From positions 22,630,001 through 22,694,000 of the forward strand of contig OZ059894.1 in assembly GCA_964057225.1 (NCBI GenBank): a stretch of DNA of 64,000 nucleotides, read 5' to 3'. The notes beneath the pieces are model-generated. The model did no database searches. It was not told the origin of the DNA and worked only from the letters and a program-made list of their open reading frames with translations. The translations under genes and the position numbers were made by a program. Positions 41,101-54,300 of the stretch are shown one piece after another (position 1 is the stretch's first letter; every line of letters begins with the position of its first letter). Source of the stretch: Auanema rhodensis (lineage: Eukaryota > Animalia > Nematoda).

Positions 41101-42386
41101 ACAATGTTATTCAACGAAAAAATTAATTCTTCAGGGTGAAAATCGAGGATATAAGTGTGAACTTATATCAGTTGATATCTCGGTGCATTTTTAAGCTAGC
41201 GCAAATCTGATAACACAGATCGACGCAGCTTAAAAATCCGCATCGAATGCACTATACTACATTGAAAAACGCTTAATACAAAAATTAGTTATGATCGTTC
41301 GAAAAATGATGCATTAGTGTATGTTGAGTTTCCATGTACACTCAACATTGCTTCCAAAAACATTTTGACAAAAATTTTTTCGAGAAATTTCAAAATAATT
41401 TAGCAAAAAGTAGATGTTTTTAGATTCCTTTTTTCAAGGCAAAGACGATGGACAATGTTATTCAACGAAAAAATTAATTCTTCAGGGTGAAAATCGAGGA
41501 TATAAGTGTGAACTTATATCAGTTGATATCTCGGTGCATTTTTAAGCTAGCGCAAATCTGCTAACACAGATCGACGCAGCTTAAAAATCCGCATCAAATG
41601 CACTATACTACATTGAGAAACGCTTAATACAAAAATTAGTTATGATCGTTTGAAAAATGATGCATTAGTGTATGTTGAGTTTCCATGTACACTCAACATT
41701 GCTTCCAAAAACATTTTGACAAAACTTTTTTCGAAAAATTTCAGAATAATTTAGCAAAAAGTAGATGTTTTTAGATTCCTTTTCTCAAGGCAAAGACGAT
41801 GGTCAATGTTATTCAACGAAAAAATCAATTCTTCAGGGTGAAAATCGAGGATATAAGTGTGAACTTATATCAGTTGATATCTCGGTGCATTTTTAAGCTA
41901 GCGCAAATCTGATAACACAGATCGACGCAGCTTAAAAATCCGCATCGAATGCACTATACTACATTGAGAAACGCTTGATACAAAAATTAGTTATGATCGT
42001 TTGAAAAATGATGCATTAGTGTATGTTGAGTTTCCATGTACACTCAACATTGCTTCCAAAAACATTTTGACAAAAATTTTTTCGAAAAATTTCAGAATAA
42101 TTTAGCAAAAAGTAGATGTTTTTAGATTCCATTTTTCAAGGCAAAGACGATGGACAATGTTATTCAACGAAAAAATTAATTCTTCAGGGTGAAAATCGAG
42201 GATATAAGTGTGAACTTATATCAGTTGATATCTCGGTGCATTTTTAAGCTAGCGCAAATCTGATAACACAGATCGACGCAGCTTAAAAATCCGCATCGAA
42301 TGCACTATACTACATTGAAAAACGCTTAATACAAAAATTAGTTATGATCGTTCGAAAAATGATGCATTAGTGTATGTTGAGTTTCC
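37473..42386 (-). repeat. 3-mer higher-order repeat (1053 bp), five copies, one reduced to a 2-mer
   Basis: CATCAAATGC at 37731, 38784, 39837, 40539, 41592 (spacings 1053, 1053, 702, 1053), each followed by the AAAACTTT/TTCTCAAGG/GGTCAA/ATCAATT monomer. Confidence 0.9.
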
Positions 42387-45300
42387 ATGTACACTCAACA
42401 TTGCTTCCAAAAACATTTTGACAAAAATTTTTTCGAAAAATTTCAAAATAATTTAGCAAAAAGTAGATGTTTTTAGATTCCATTTTTCAAGGCAAAGACG
42501 ATGGACAATGTTATTCAACGAAAAAATTAATTCTTCAGGGTGAAAATCGAGGATATAAGTGTGAACTTATATCAGTTGATATCTCGGTGCATTTTTAAGC
42601 TAGCGCAAATCTGATAACACAGATCGACGCAGCTTAAAAATCCGGATCGAATGCACTATACTACATTGAGAAACGCTTAATACAAAAATTAGTTATGATC
42701 GTTTGAAAAATGATGCATTAGTGTATGTTGAGTTTCCATGTGCACTCAACATTGCTTCCAAAAACATTTTGACAAAAATTTTTTCGAGAAATTTCAAAAT
42801 AATTTAGCAAAAAGTAGATGTTTTTAGATTCCTTTTTTCAAGGCAAAGACGATGGACAATGTTATTCAACGAAAAAATTAATTCTTCAGGGTGAAAATCG
42901 AAGATATAAGTGTGAACTTATATCAGTTGATATCTCGGTGCATTTTTAAGCTAGCGCAAATCTGATAACACAGATCGACGCAGCTTAAAAATCCGCATCG
43001 AATGCAATATACTACATTGAGAAACGCTTAATACAAAAATTAGTTATGATCGTTTGAAAAATGATGCATTAGTGTATGTTGAGTTTCCATGTACACTCAA
43101 CATTGCTTCCAAAAACATTTTGACAAAAATTTTTTCGAGAAATTTCAAAATAATTTAGCAAAAAGTAGATGTTTTTAGATTCCTTTTTTCAAGGCAAAGA
43201 CGATGGACAATGTTATTCAACGAAAAAATTAATTCTTCAGGGTGAAAATCGAGGATATAAGTGTGAACTTATATCAGTTGATATCTCGGTGCATTTTTAA
43301 GCTAGCGCAAATCTGCTAACACAGATCGACGCAGCTTAAAAATCCGCATCGAATGCACTATACTACATTGAGAAACGCTTAATACAAAAATTAGTTATGA
43401 TCGTTTGAAAAATGATGCATTAGTGTATGTTGAGTTTCCATGTACACTCAACATTGCTTCCAAAAACATTTTGACAAAAATTTTTTCGATAAATTTCAGA
43501 ATAATTTAGCAAAAAGTAGATGTTTTTAGATTCCATTTTTCAAGGCAAAGACGATGGACAATGTTATTCAACGAAAAAATTAATTCTTCAGGGTGAAAAT
43601 CGAGGATATAAGTGTGAACTTATATCAGTTGATATCTCGGTGCATTTTTAAGCTAGCGCAAATCTGATAACACAGATCGACGTAGCTTAAAAATCCGCAT
43701 CGAATGCACTATACTACATTGAAAAACGCTTAATACAAAAATTAGTTATGATCGTTCGAAAAATGATGCATTAGTGTATGTTGAGTTTCCATGTACACTC
43801 AACATTGCTTCCAAAAACATTTTGACAAAAATTTTTTCGAAAAATTTCAAAATAATTTAGCAAAAAGTAGATGTTTTTAGATTCCATTTTTCAAGGCAAA
43901 GACGATGGACAATGTTATTCAACGAAAAAATTAATTCTTCAGGGTGAAAATCGAGGATATAAGTGTGAACTTATATCAGTTGATATCTCGGTGCATTTTT
44001 AAGCTAGCGCAAATCTGATAACACAGATCGACGCAGCTTAAAAATTCGCATCGAATGCACTATACTACATTGAGAAACGCTTAATACAAAAATTAGTTAT
44101 GATCGTTTGAAAAATGATGCATTAGTGTATGTTGAGTTTCCATGTACACTCAACATTGCTTCCAAAAACATTTTGACAAAAATTTTTTCGAGAAATTTCA
44201 AAATAATTTAGCAAAAAGTAGATGTTTTTAGATTCCTTTTTTCAAGGCAAAGACGATGGACAATGTTATTCAACGAAAAAATTAATTCTTCAGGGTGAAA
44301 ATCGAGGATATAAGTGTGAACTTATATCAGTTGATATCTCGGTGCATTTTTAAGCTAGCGCAAATCTGATAACACAGATCGACGTAGCTTAAAAATCCGC
44401 ATCGAATGCACTATACTACATTGAAAAACGCTTAATACAAAAATTAGTTATGATCGTTCGAAAAATGATGCATTAGTGTATGTTGAGTTTCCATGTACAC
44501 TCAACATTGCTTCCAAAAACATTTTGACAAAAATTTTTTCGAGAAATTTCAAAATAATTTAGCAAAAAGTAGATGTTTTTAGATTCCTTTTTTCAAGGCA
44601 AAGACGATGGACAATGTTATTCAACGAAAAAATTAATTCTTCAGGGTGAAAATCGAAGATATAAGTGTGAACTTATATCAGTTGATATCTCGGTGCATTT
44701 TTAAGCTAGCGCAAATCTGATAACACAGATCGACGCAGCTTAAAAATCCGCATCGAATGCACTATACTACATTGAGAAACGCTTAATACAAAAATTAGTT
44801 ATGATCGTTTGAAAAATGATGCATTAGTGTATGTTGAGTTTCCATGTACACTCAACATTGCTTCCAAAAACATTTTGACAAAAATTTTTTCGAGAAATTT
44901 CAAAATAATTTAGCAAAAAGTAGATGTTTTTAGATTCCTTTTTTCAAGGCAAAGACGATGGACAATGTTATTCAACGAAAAAATTAATTCTTCAGGGTGA
45001 AAATCGAAGATATAAGTGTGAACTTATATCAGTTGATATCTCGGTGCATTTTTAAGCTAGCGTAAATCTGATAACACAGATCGACGCAGCTTAAAAATCC
45101 GCATCGAATGCAATATACTACATTGAGAAACGCTTAATACAAAAATTAGTTATGATCGTTTGAAAAATGATGCATTAGTGTATGTTGAGTTTCCATGTAC
45201 ACTCAACATTGCTTCCAAAAACATTTTGACAAAAATTTTTTCGAGAAATTTCAAAATAATTTAGCAAAAAGTAGATGTTTTTAGATTCCTTTTTTCAAGG

Positions 45301-48300
45301 CAAAGACGATGGACAATGTTATTCAACGAAAAAATTAATTCTTCAGGGTGAAAATCGAGGATATAAGTGTGAACTTATATCAGTTGATATCTCGGTGCAT
45401 TTTTAAGCTAGCGCAAATCTGATAACACAGATCGACGCAGCTTAAAAATCCGCATCGAATGCACTATACTACATTGAGAAACGCTTAATACAAAAATTAG
45501 TTATGATCGTTTGAAAAATGATGCATTAGTGTATGTTGAGTTTCCATGTGCACTCAACATTGCTTCCAAAAACATTTTGACAAAAATTTTTTCGAGAAAT
45601 TTCAAAATAATTTAGCAAAAAGTAGATGTTTTTAGATTCCTTTTTTCAAGGCAAAGACGATGGACAATGTTATTCAACGAAAAAATTAATTCTTCAGGGT
45701 GAAAATCGAAGATATAAGTGTGAACTTATATCAGTTGATATCTCGGTGCATTTTTAAGCTAGCGCAAATCTGATAACACAGATCGACGCAGCTTAAAAAT
45801 CCGCATCGAATGCAATATACTACATTGAGAAACGCTTAATACAAAAATTAGTTATGATCGTTTGAAAAATGATGCATTAGTGTATGTTGAGTTTCCATGT
45901 ACACTCAACATTGCTTCCAAAAACATTTTGACAAAAATTTTTTCGAGAAATTTCAAAATAATTTAGCAAAAAGTAGATGTTTTTAGATTCCTTTTTTCAA
46001 GGCAAAGACGATGGACAATGTTATTCAACGAAAAAATTAATTCTTCAGGGTGAAAATCGAGGATATAAGTGTGAACTTATATCAGTTGATATCTCGGTGC
46101 ATTTTTAAGCTAGCGCAAATCTGCTAACACAGATCGACGCAGCTTAAAAATCCGCATCGAATGCACTATACTACATTGAGAAACGCTTAATACAAAAATT
46201 AGTTATGATCGTTTGAAAAATGATGCATTAGTGTATGTTGAGTTTCCATGTACACTCAACATTGCTTCCAAAAACATTTTGACAAAAATTTTTTCGATAA
46301 ATTTCAGAATAATTTAGCAAAAAGTAGATGTTTTTAGATTCCATTTTTCAAGGCAAAGACGATGGACAATGTTATTCAACGAAAAAATTAATTCTTCAGG
46401 GTGAAAATCGAGGATATAAGTGTGAACTTATATCAGTTGATATCTCGGTGCATTTTTAAGCTAGCGCAAATCTGATAACACAGATCGACGTAGCTTAAAA
46501 ATCCGCATCGAATGCACTATACTACATTGAAAAACGCTTAATACAAAAATTAGTTATGATCGTTCGAAAAATGATGCATTAGTGTATGTTGAGTTTCCAT
46601 GTACACTCAACATTGTTTCCAAAAACATTTTGACAAAAATTTTTTCGAAAAATTTCAAAATAATATAGCAAAAAGTAGATGTTTTTAGATTCCATTTTTC
46701 AAGGCAAAGACGATGGACAATGTTATTCAACGAAAAAATTAATTCTTCAGGGTGAAAATCGAGGATATAAGTGTGAACTTATATCAGTTGATATCTCGGT
46801 GCATTTTTAAGCTAGCGCAAATCTGATAACACAGATCGACGCAGCTTAAAAATTCGCATCGAATGCACTATACTACATTGAGAAACGCTTAATACAAAAA
46901 TTAGTTATGATCGTTTGAAAAATGATGCATTAGTGTATGTTGAGTTTCCATGTACACTCAACATTGCTTCCAAAAACATTTTGACAAAAATTTTTTCGAG
47001 AAATTTCAAAATAATTTAGCAAAAAGTAGATGTTTTTAGATTCCTTTTTTCAAGGCAAAGACGATGGACAATGTTATTCAACGAAAAAATTAATTCTTCA
47101 GGGTGAAAATCGAAGATATAAGTGTGAACTTATATCAGTTGATATCTCGGTGCATTTTTAAGCTAGCGCAAATCTGATAACACAGATCGACGCAGCTTAA
47201 AAATCCGCATCGAATGCACTATACTACATTGAGAAACGCTTAATACAAAAATTAGTTATGATCGTTTGAAAAATGATGCATTAGTGTATGTTGAGTTTCC
47301 ATGTACACTCAACATTGCTTCCAAAAACATTTTGACAAAAATTTTTTCGAGAAATTTCAAAATAATTTAGCAAAAAGTAGATGTTTTTAGATTCCTTTTT
47401 TCAAGGCAAAGACGATGGACAATGTTATTCAACGAAAAAATTAATTCTTCAGGGTGAAAATCGAAGATATAAGTGTGAACTTATATCAGTTGATATCTCG
47501 GTGCATTTTTAAGCTAGCGTAAATCTGATAACACAGATCGACGCAGCTTAAAAATCCGCATCGAATGCAATATACTACATTGAGAAACGCTTAATACAAA
47601 AATTAGTTATGATCGTTTGAAAAATGATGCATTAGTGTATGTTGAGTTTCCATGTACACTCAACATTGCTTCCAAAAACATTTTGACAAAAATTTTTTCG
47701 AGAAATTTCAAAATAATTTAGCAAAAAGTAGATGTTTTTAGATTCCTTTTTTCAAGGCAAAGACGATGGACAATGTTATTCAACGAAAAAATTAATTCTT
47801 CAGGGTGAAAATCGAAGATATAAGTGTGAACTTATATCAGTTGATATCTCGGTGCATTTTTAAGCTAGCGCAAATCTGCTAACACAGATCGACGCAGCTT
47901 AAAAATCCGCATCGAATGCAATATACTACATTGAGAAACGCTTAATACAAAAATTAGTTATGATCGTTTGAAAAATGATGCATTAGTGTATGTTGAGTTT
48001 CCATGTACACTCAACATTGCTTCCAAAAACATTTTGACAAAACTTTTTTCGAAAAATTTCAGAATAATTTAGCAAAAAGTAGATGTTTTTAGATTCCTTT
48101 TTTCAAGGCAAAGACGATGGACAATGTTATTCAACGAAAAAATTAATTCTTCAGGGTGAAAATCGAGGATATAAGTGTGAACTTATATCAGTTGATATCT
48201 CGGTGCATTTTTAAGCTATCGCAAATCTGCTAACACAGATCGACGCAGCTTAAAAATCCGCATCGAATGCACTATACTACATTGAGAAACGCTTAATACA

Positions 48301-51300
48301 AAAATTAGTTATGATCGTTTGAAAAATGATGCATTAGTGTATGTTGAGTTTCCATGTACACTCAACATTGCTTCCAAAAACATTTTGACAAAACTTTTTT
48401 CGAAAAATTTCAGAATAATTTAGCAAAAAGTAGATGTTTTTAGATTCCTTTTTTCAAGGCAAAGACGATGGTCAATGTTATTCAACGAAAAAATCAATTC
48501 TTCAGGGTGAAAATCGAGGATATAAGTGTGAACTTATATCAGTTGATATCTCGGTGCATTTTTAAGCTAGCGCAAATCTGATAACACAGATCGACGCAGC
48601 TTAAAAATCCGCATCGAATGCACTATACTACATTGAAAAACGCTTAATACAAAAATTAGTTATGATCGTTCGAAAAATGATGCATTAGTGTATGTTGAGT
48701 TTCCATGTACACTCAACATTGCTTCCAAAAACATTTTGACAAAAATGTTTTCGAAAAATTTCAAAATAATTTAGCAAAAAGTAGATGTTTTTAGATTCCA
48801 TTTTTCAAGGCAAAGACGATGGACAATGTTATTCAACGAAAAAATTAATTCTTCAGGGTGAAAATCGAGGATATAAGTGTGAACTTATATCAGTTGATAT
48901 CTCGGTGCATTTTTAAGCTAGCGCAAATCTGATAACACAGATCGACGCAGCTTAAAAATCCGCATCGAATGCATTATACTACATTGAGAAACGCTTAATA
49001 CAAAAATTAGTTATGATCGTTTGAAAAATGATGCATTAGTGTATGTTGAGTTTCCATGTACACTCAACATTGCTTCCAAAAACATTTTGACAAAAATGTT
49101 TTCGAAAAATTTCAAAATAATTTAGCAAAAAGTAGATGTTTTTAGATTCCATTTTTCAAGGCAAAGACGATGGACAATGTTATTCAACGAAAAAATTAAT
49201 TCTTCAGGGTGAAAATCGAGGATATAAGTGTGAACTTATATCAGTTGATATCTCGGTGCATTTTTAAGCTAGCGCAAATCTGATAACACAGATCGACGCA
49301 GCTTAAAAATCCGCATCGAATGCATTATACTACATTGAGAAACGCTTAATACAAAAATTAGTTATGATCGTTTGAAAAATGATGCATTAGTGTATGTTGA
49401 GTTTCCATGTACACTCAACATTGCTTCCAAAAACATTTTGACAAAAATTTTTTCGAGAAATTTCAAAATAATTTAGCAAAAAGTAGATGTTTTTAGATTT
49501 CTTTTTTCAAGGCAAAGACGATGGACAATGTTATTCAACGAAAAAATTAATTCTTCAGGGTGAAAATCGAAGATATAAGTGTGAACTTATATCAGTTGAT
49601 ATCTCGGTGCATTTTTAAGCTAGCGCAAATCTGATAACACAGATCGACGCAGCTTAAAAATCCGCATCGAATGCACTATACTACATTGAGAAACGCTTAA
49701 TACAAAAATTAGTTATGATCGTTTGAAAAATGATGCATTAGTGTATGTTGAGTTTCCATGTACACTCAACATTGCTTCCAAAAACATTTTGACAAAAATT
49801 TTTTCGAGAAATTTCAAAATAATTTAGCAAAAAGTAGATGTTTTTAGATTCCTTTTTTCAAGGCAAAGACGATGGACAAAGTTATTCAACGAAAAAATTA
49901 ATTCTTCAGGGTGAAAATCGAAGATATAAGTGTGAACTTATATCAGTTGATATCTCGGTGCATTTTTAAGCTAGCGTAAATCTGATAATACAGATCGACG
50001 CAGCTTAAAAATCCGCATCGAATGCAATATACTACATTGAGAAACGCTTAATACAAAAATTAGTTATGATCGTTTGAAAAATGATGCATTAGTGTATGTT
50101 GAGTTTCCATGTACACTCAACATTGCTTCCAAAAACATTTTGACAAAAATTTTTTCGAAAAATTTCAAAATAATTTAGCAAAAAGTAGATGTTTTTAGAT
50201 TCCTTTTTTCAAGGCAAAGACGATGGACAATGTTATTCAACGAAAAAATTAATTCTTCAGGGTGAAAATCGAGGATATAAGTGTGAACTTATATCAGTTG
50301 ATATCTCGGTGCATTTTTAAGCTAGCGCAAATCTGATAACACAGATCGACGCAGCTTAAAAATCCGCATCGAATACACTATACTACATTGAGAAACGCTT
50401 AATACAAAAATTAGTTATGATCGTTTGAAAAATGATGCATTAGTGTATGTTGAGTTTCCATGTACACTCAACATTGCTTCCAAAAACATTTTGACAAAAA
50501 TTTTTTCGAAAAATTTCAGAATAATTTAGCAAAAAGTAGATGTTTTTAGATTCCTTTTTTCAAGGCAAAGACGATGGTCAATGTTATTCAACGAAAAAAT
50601 TAATTCTTCAGGGTGAAAATCGAGGATATAAGTGTGAACTTATATCAGTTGATATCTCGGTGCATTTTTAAGCTAGCGCAAATCTGATAACACAGATCGA
50701 CGCAGCTTAAAAATCCGCATCGAATGCACTATACTACATTGAGAAACGCTCAATACGAAAATTAGTTATGATCGTTTGAAAAATGATGCATTAGTGTATG
50801 TTGAGTTTCCATGTACACTCAACATTGCTTCCAAAAACATTTTGACAAAAATTTTTTCGAGAAATTTCAAAATAATTTAGCAAAAAGTAGATGTTTTTAG
50901 ATTCCTTTTTTCAAGGCAAAGACGATGGACAATGTTATTCAACGAAAAAATTAATTCTTCAGGGTGAAAATCGAGGATATAAGTGTGAACTTATATCAGT
51001 TGATATCTCGGTGCATTTTTAAGCTAGCGCAAATCTGATAACACAGAACGACGCAGCTTAAAAATCCGCATCGAATGCACTATACTACATTGAGAAACGC
51101 TTAATACAAAAATTAGTTATGATCGTTTGAAAAATGATGCATTAGTGTATGTTGAGTTTCCATGTACACTCAACATTGCTTCCAAAAACATTTTGACAAA
51201 AATTTTTTCGAGAAATTTCAAAATAATTTAGCAAAAAGTAGATGTTTTTAGATTCGTTTTTTTCAAGGCAAAGACGATGGACAATGTTATTCAACGAAAA

Positions 51301-54300
51301 AATTAATTCTTCAGGGTGAAAATCGAGGATATAAGTGTGAACTTATATCAGTTGATATCTCGGTGCATTTTTAAGCTAGCGCAAATCTGATAACACAGAT
51401 CGACGCAGCGTAAAAATCCGCATCGAATGCACGATACTACATTGAGAAACGCTTAATACAAAAATTAGTTATGATCGTTTGAAAAATGATGCATTAGTGT
51501 ATGTTGAGTTTCCATGTACACTCAACATTGCTTCCAAAAACATTTTGACAAAAATTTTTTCGAGAAATTTCAAAATAATTTAGCAAAAAGTAGATGTTTT
51601 TAGATTCCTTTTTTCAAGGCAAAGACGATGGACAATGTTATTCAACGAAAAAATTAATTCTTCAGGGTGAAAATCGAGGATATAAGTGTGAACTTATATC
51701 AGTTGATATCTCGGTGCATTTTTAAGCTAGCGCAAATCTGATAACACAGATCGACGCAGCTTAAAAATCCTCATCGAATGCAATATACTACATTGAGAAA
51801 CGCTTAATACAAAAATTAGTTATGATCGTTTGAAAAATGATTCATTAGTGTATGTTGAGTTTCCATGTACACTCAACATTGCTTCCAAAAACATTTTGAC
51901 AAAAATTTTTTCGAGAAATTTCAAAATAATTTAGCAAAAAGTAGATGTTTTTAGATTCGTTTTTTTCAAGGCAAAGACGATGGACAATGTTATTCAACGA
52001 AAAAATTAATTCTTCAGGGTGAAAATCGAGGATATAAGTGTGAACTTATATCAGTTGATATCTCGGTGCATTTTCAAGCTAGCGCAAATCTGATAACACA
52101 GAACGACGCAGCTTAAAAATCCGCATCGAATGCACTATACTACATTGAGAAACGCTTAATACAAAAATTAGTTATGATCGTTTGAAAAATGATGCATTAG
52201 TGTATGTTGAGTTTCCATGTACACTCAACATTGCTTCCAAAAACATTTTGACAAAAATTTTTTCGAGAAATTTCAAAATAATTTAGCAAAAAGTAGATGT
52301 TTTTAGATTCGTTTTTTTCAAGGCAAAGACGATGGACAATGTTATTCAACGAAAAAATTAATTCTTCAGGGTGAAAATCGAGGATATAAGTGTGAACTTA
52401 TATCAGTTGATATCTCGGTGCATTTTTAAGCTAGCGCAAATCTGATAACACAGATCGACGCAGCTTAAAAATCCGCATCGAATGCACTATACTACATTGA
52501 GAAACGCTTAATACAAAAATTAGTTATGATCGTTTGAAAAATGATGCATTAGTGTATGTTGAGTTTCCATGTACACTCAACATTGCTTCCAAAAACATTT
52601 TGACAAAAATTTTTTCGAGAAATTTCAAAATAATTTAGCAAAAAGTAGATGTTTTTAGATTCCTTTTTTCAAGGCAAAGACGATGGACAATGTTATTCAA
52701 CGAAAAAATTAATTCTTCAGGGTGAAAATCGAGGATATAAGTGTGAACTTATATCAGTTGATATCTCGGTGCATTTTTAAGCTAGCGCAAATCTGATAAC
52801 ACAGATCGACGCAGCTTAAAAATCCGCATCGAATGCAATATACTACATTGAGAAACGCTTAATACAAAAATTAGTTATGATCGTTTGAAAAATGATTCAT
52901 TAGTGTATGTTGAGTTTCCATGTACACTCAACATTGCTTCCAAAAACATTTTGACAAAAATTTTTTCGAGAAATTTCAAAATAATTTAGCAAAAAGTAGA
53001 TGTTTTTAGATTCGTTTTTTTCAAGGCAAAGACGATGGACAATGTTATTCAACGAAAAAATTAATTCTTCAGGGTGAAAATCGAGGATATAAGTGTGAAC
53101 TTATATCAGTTGATATCTCGGTGCATTTTTAAGCTAGCGCAAATCTGAAAACACAGATCGACGCAGCTTAAAAATCCGCATCGAATGCACTATACTACAT
53201 TGAGAAACGCTTAATACAAAAATTAGTTATGATCGTTTGAAAAATGATGCATTAGTGTATGTTGAGTTTCCATGTACACTCAACATTGCTTCCAAAAACA
53301 TTTTGACAAAAATTTTTTCGAAAAATTTCAAAATAATTTAGCAAAAAGTAGATGTTTTTAGATTCCATTTTTCAAGGCAAAGACGATGGACAATGTTATT
53401 CAACGAAAAAATTAATTCTTCAGGGTGAAAATCGAGGATATAAGTGTGAACTTATATCAGTTGATATCTCGGTGCATTTTTAAGCTAGCGCAAATCTGAT
53501 AACACAGATCGACGCAGCTTAAAAATCCGCATCGAATGCACTATACTACATTGAGAAACGCTTAATACAAAAATTAGTTATGATCGTTTGAAAAATGATG
53601 CATTAGTGTATGTTGAGTTTCCATGTACACTCAACATTGCTTCCAAAAACATTTTGACAAAAATTTTTTCGAGAAATTTCAAAATAATTTAGCAAAAAGT
53701 AGATGTTTTTAGATTCCTTTTTTCAAGGCAAAGACGATGGACAATGTTATTCAACGAAAAAATTAATTCTTCAGGGTGAAAATCGAGGATATAAGTGTGA
53801 ACTTATATCAGTTGATATCTCGGTGCATTTTTAAGCTAGCGCAAATCTGATAACACAGATCGACGCAGCTTAAAAATCCGCATCGAATGCAATATACTAC
53901 ATTGAGAAACGCTTAATACAAAAATTAGTTATGATCGTTTGAAAAATGATGCATTAGTGTATGTTGAGTTTCCATGTACACTCAACATTGCTTCCAAAAA
54001 CATTTTGACAAAAATTTTTTCGAGAAATTTCAAAATAATTTAGCAAAAAGTAGATGTTTTTAGATTCCTTTTTTCAAGGCAAAGACGATGGACAATGTTA
54101 TTCAACGAAAAAATTGATTCTTCAGGGTGAAAATCGAGGATATAAGTGTGAACTTATATCAGTTGATATCTCGGTGCATTTTTAAGCTAGCGCAAATCTG
54201 ATAACACAGATCGACGCAGCTTAAAAATCCGCATCGAATGCAATATACTACATTGAGAAACGCTTAATACAAAAATTAGTTATGATCGTTTGAAAAATGA

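Noticed and set aside
12201-42738. Regular 29-mer HOR suggested by ATGTGCAC spacings of 29 and 58 monomers
   Set aside because: The expected intermediate copy at 32559 has the ordinary ATGTACAC allele and that region follows a 12-mer period, so the 2x29 spacing appears coincidental.
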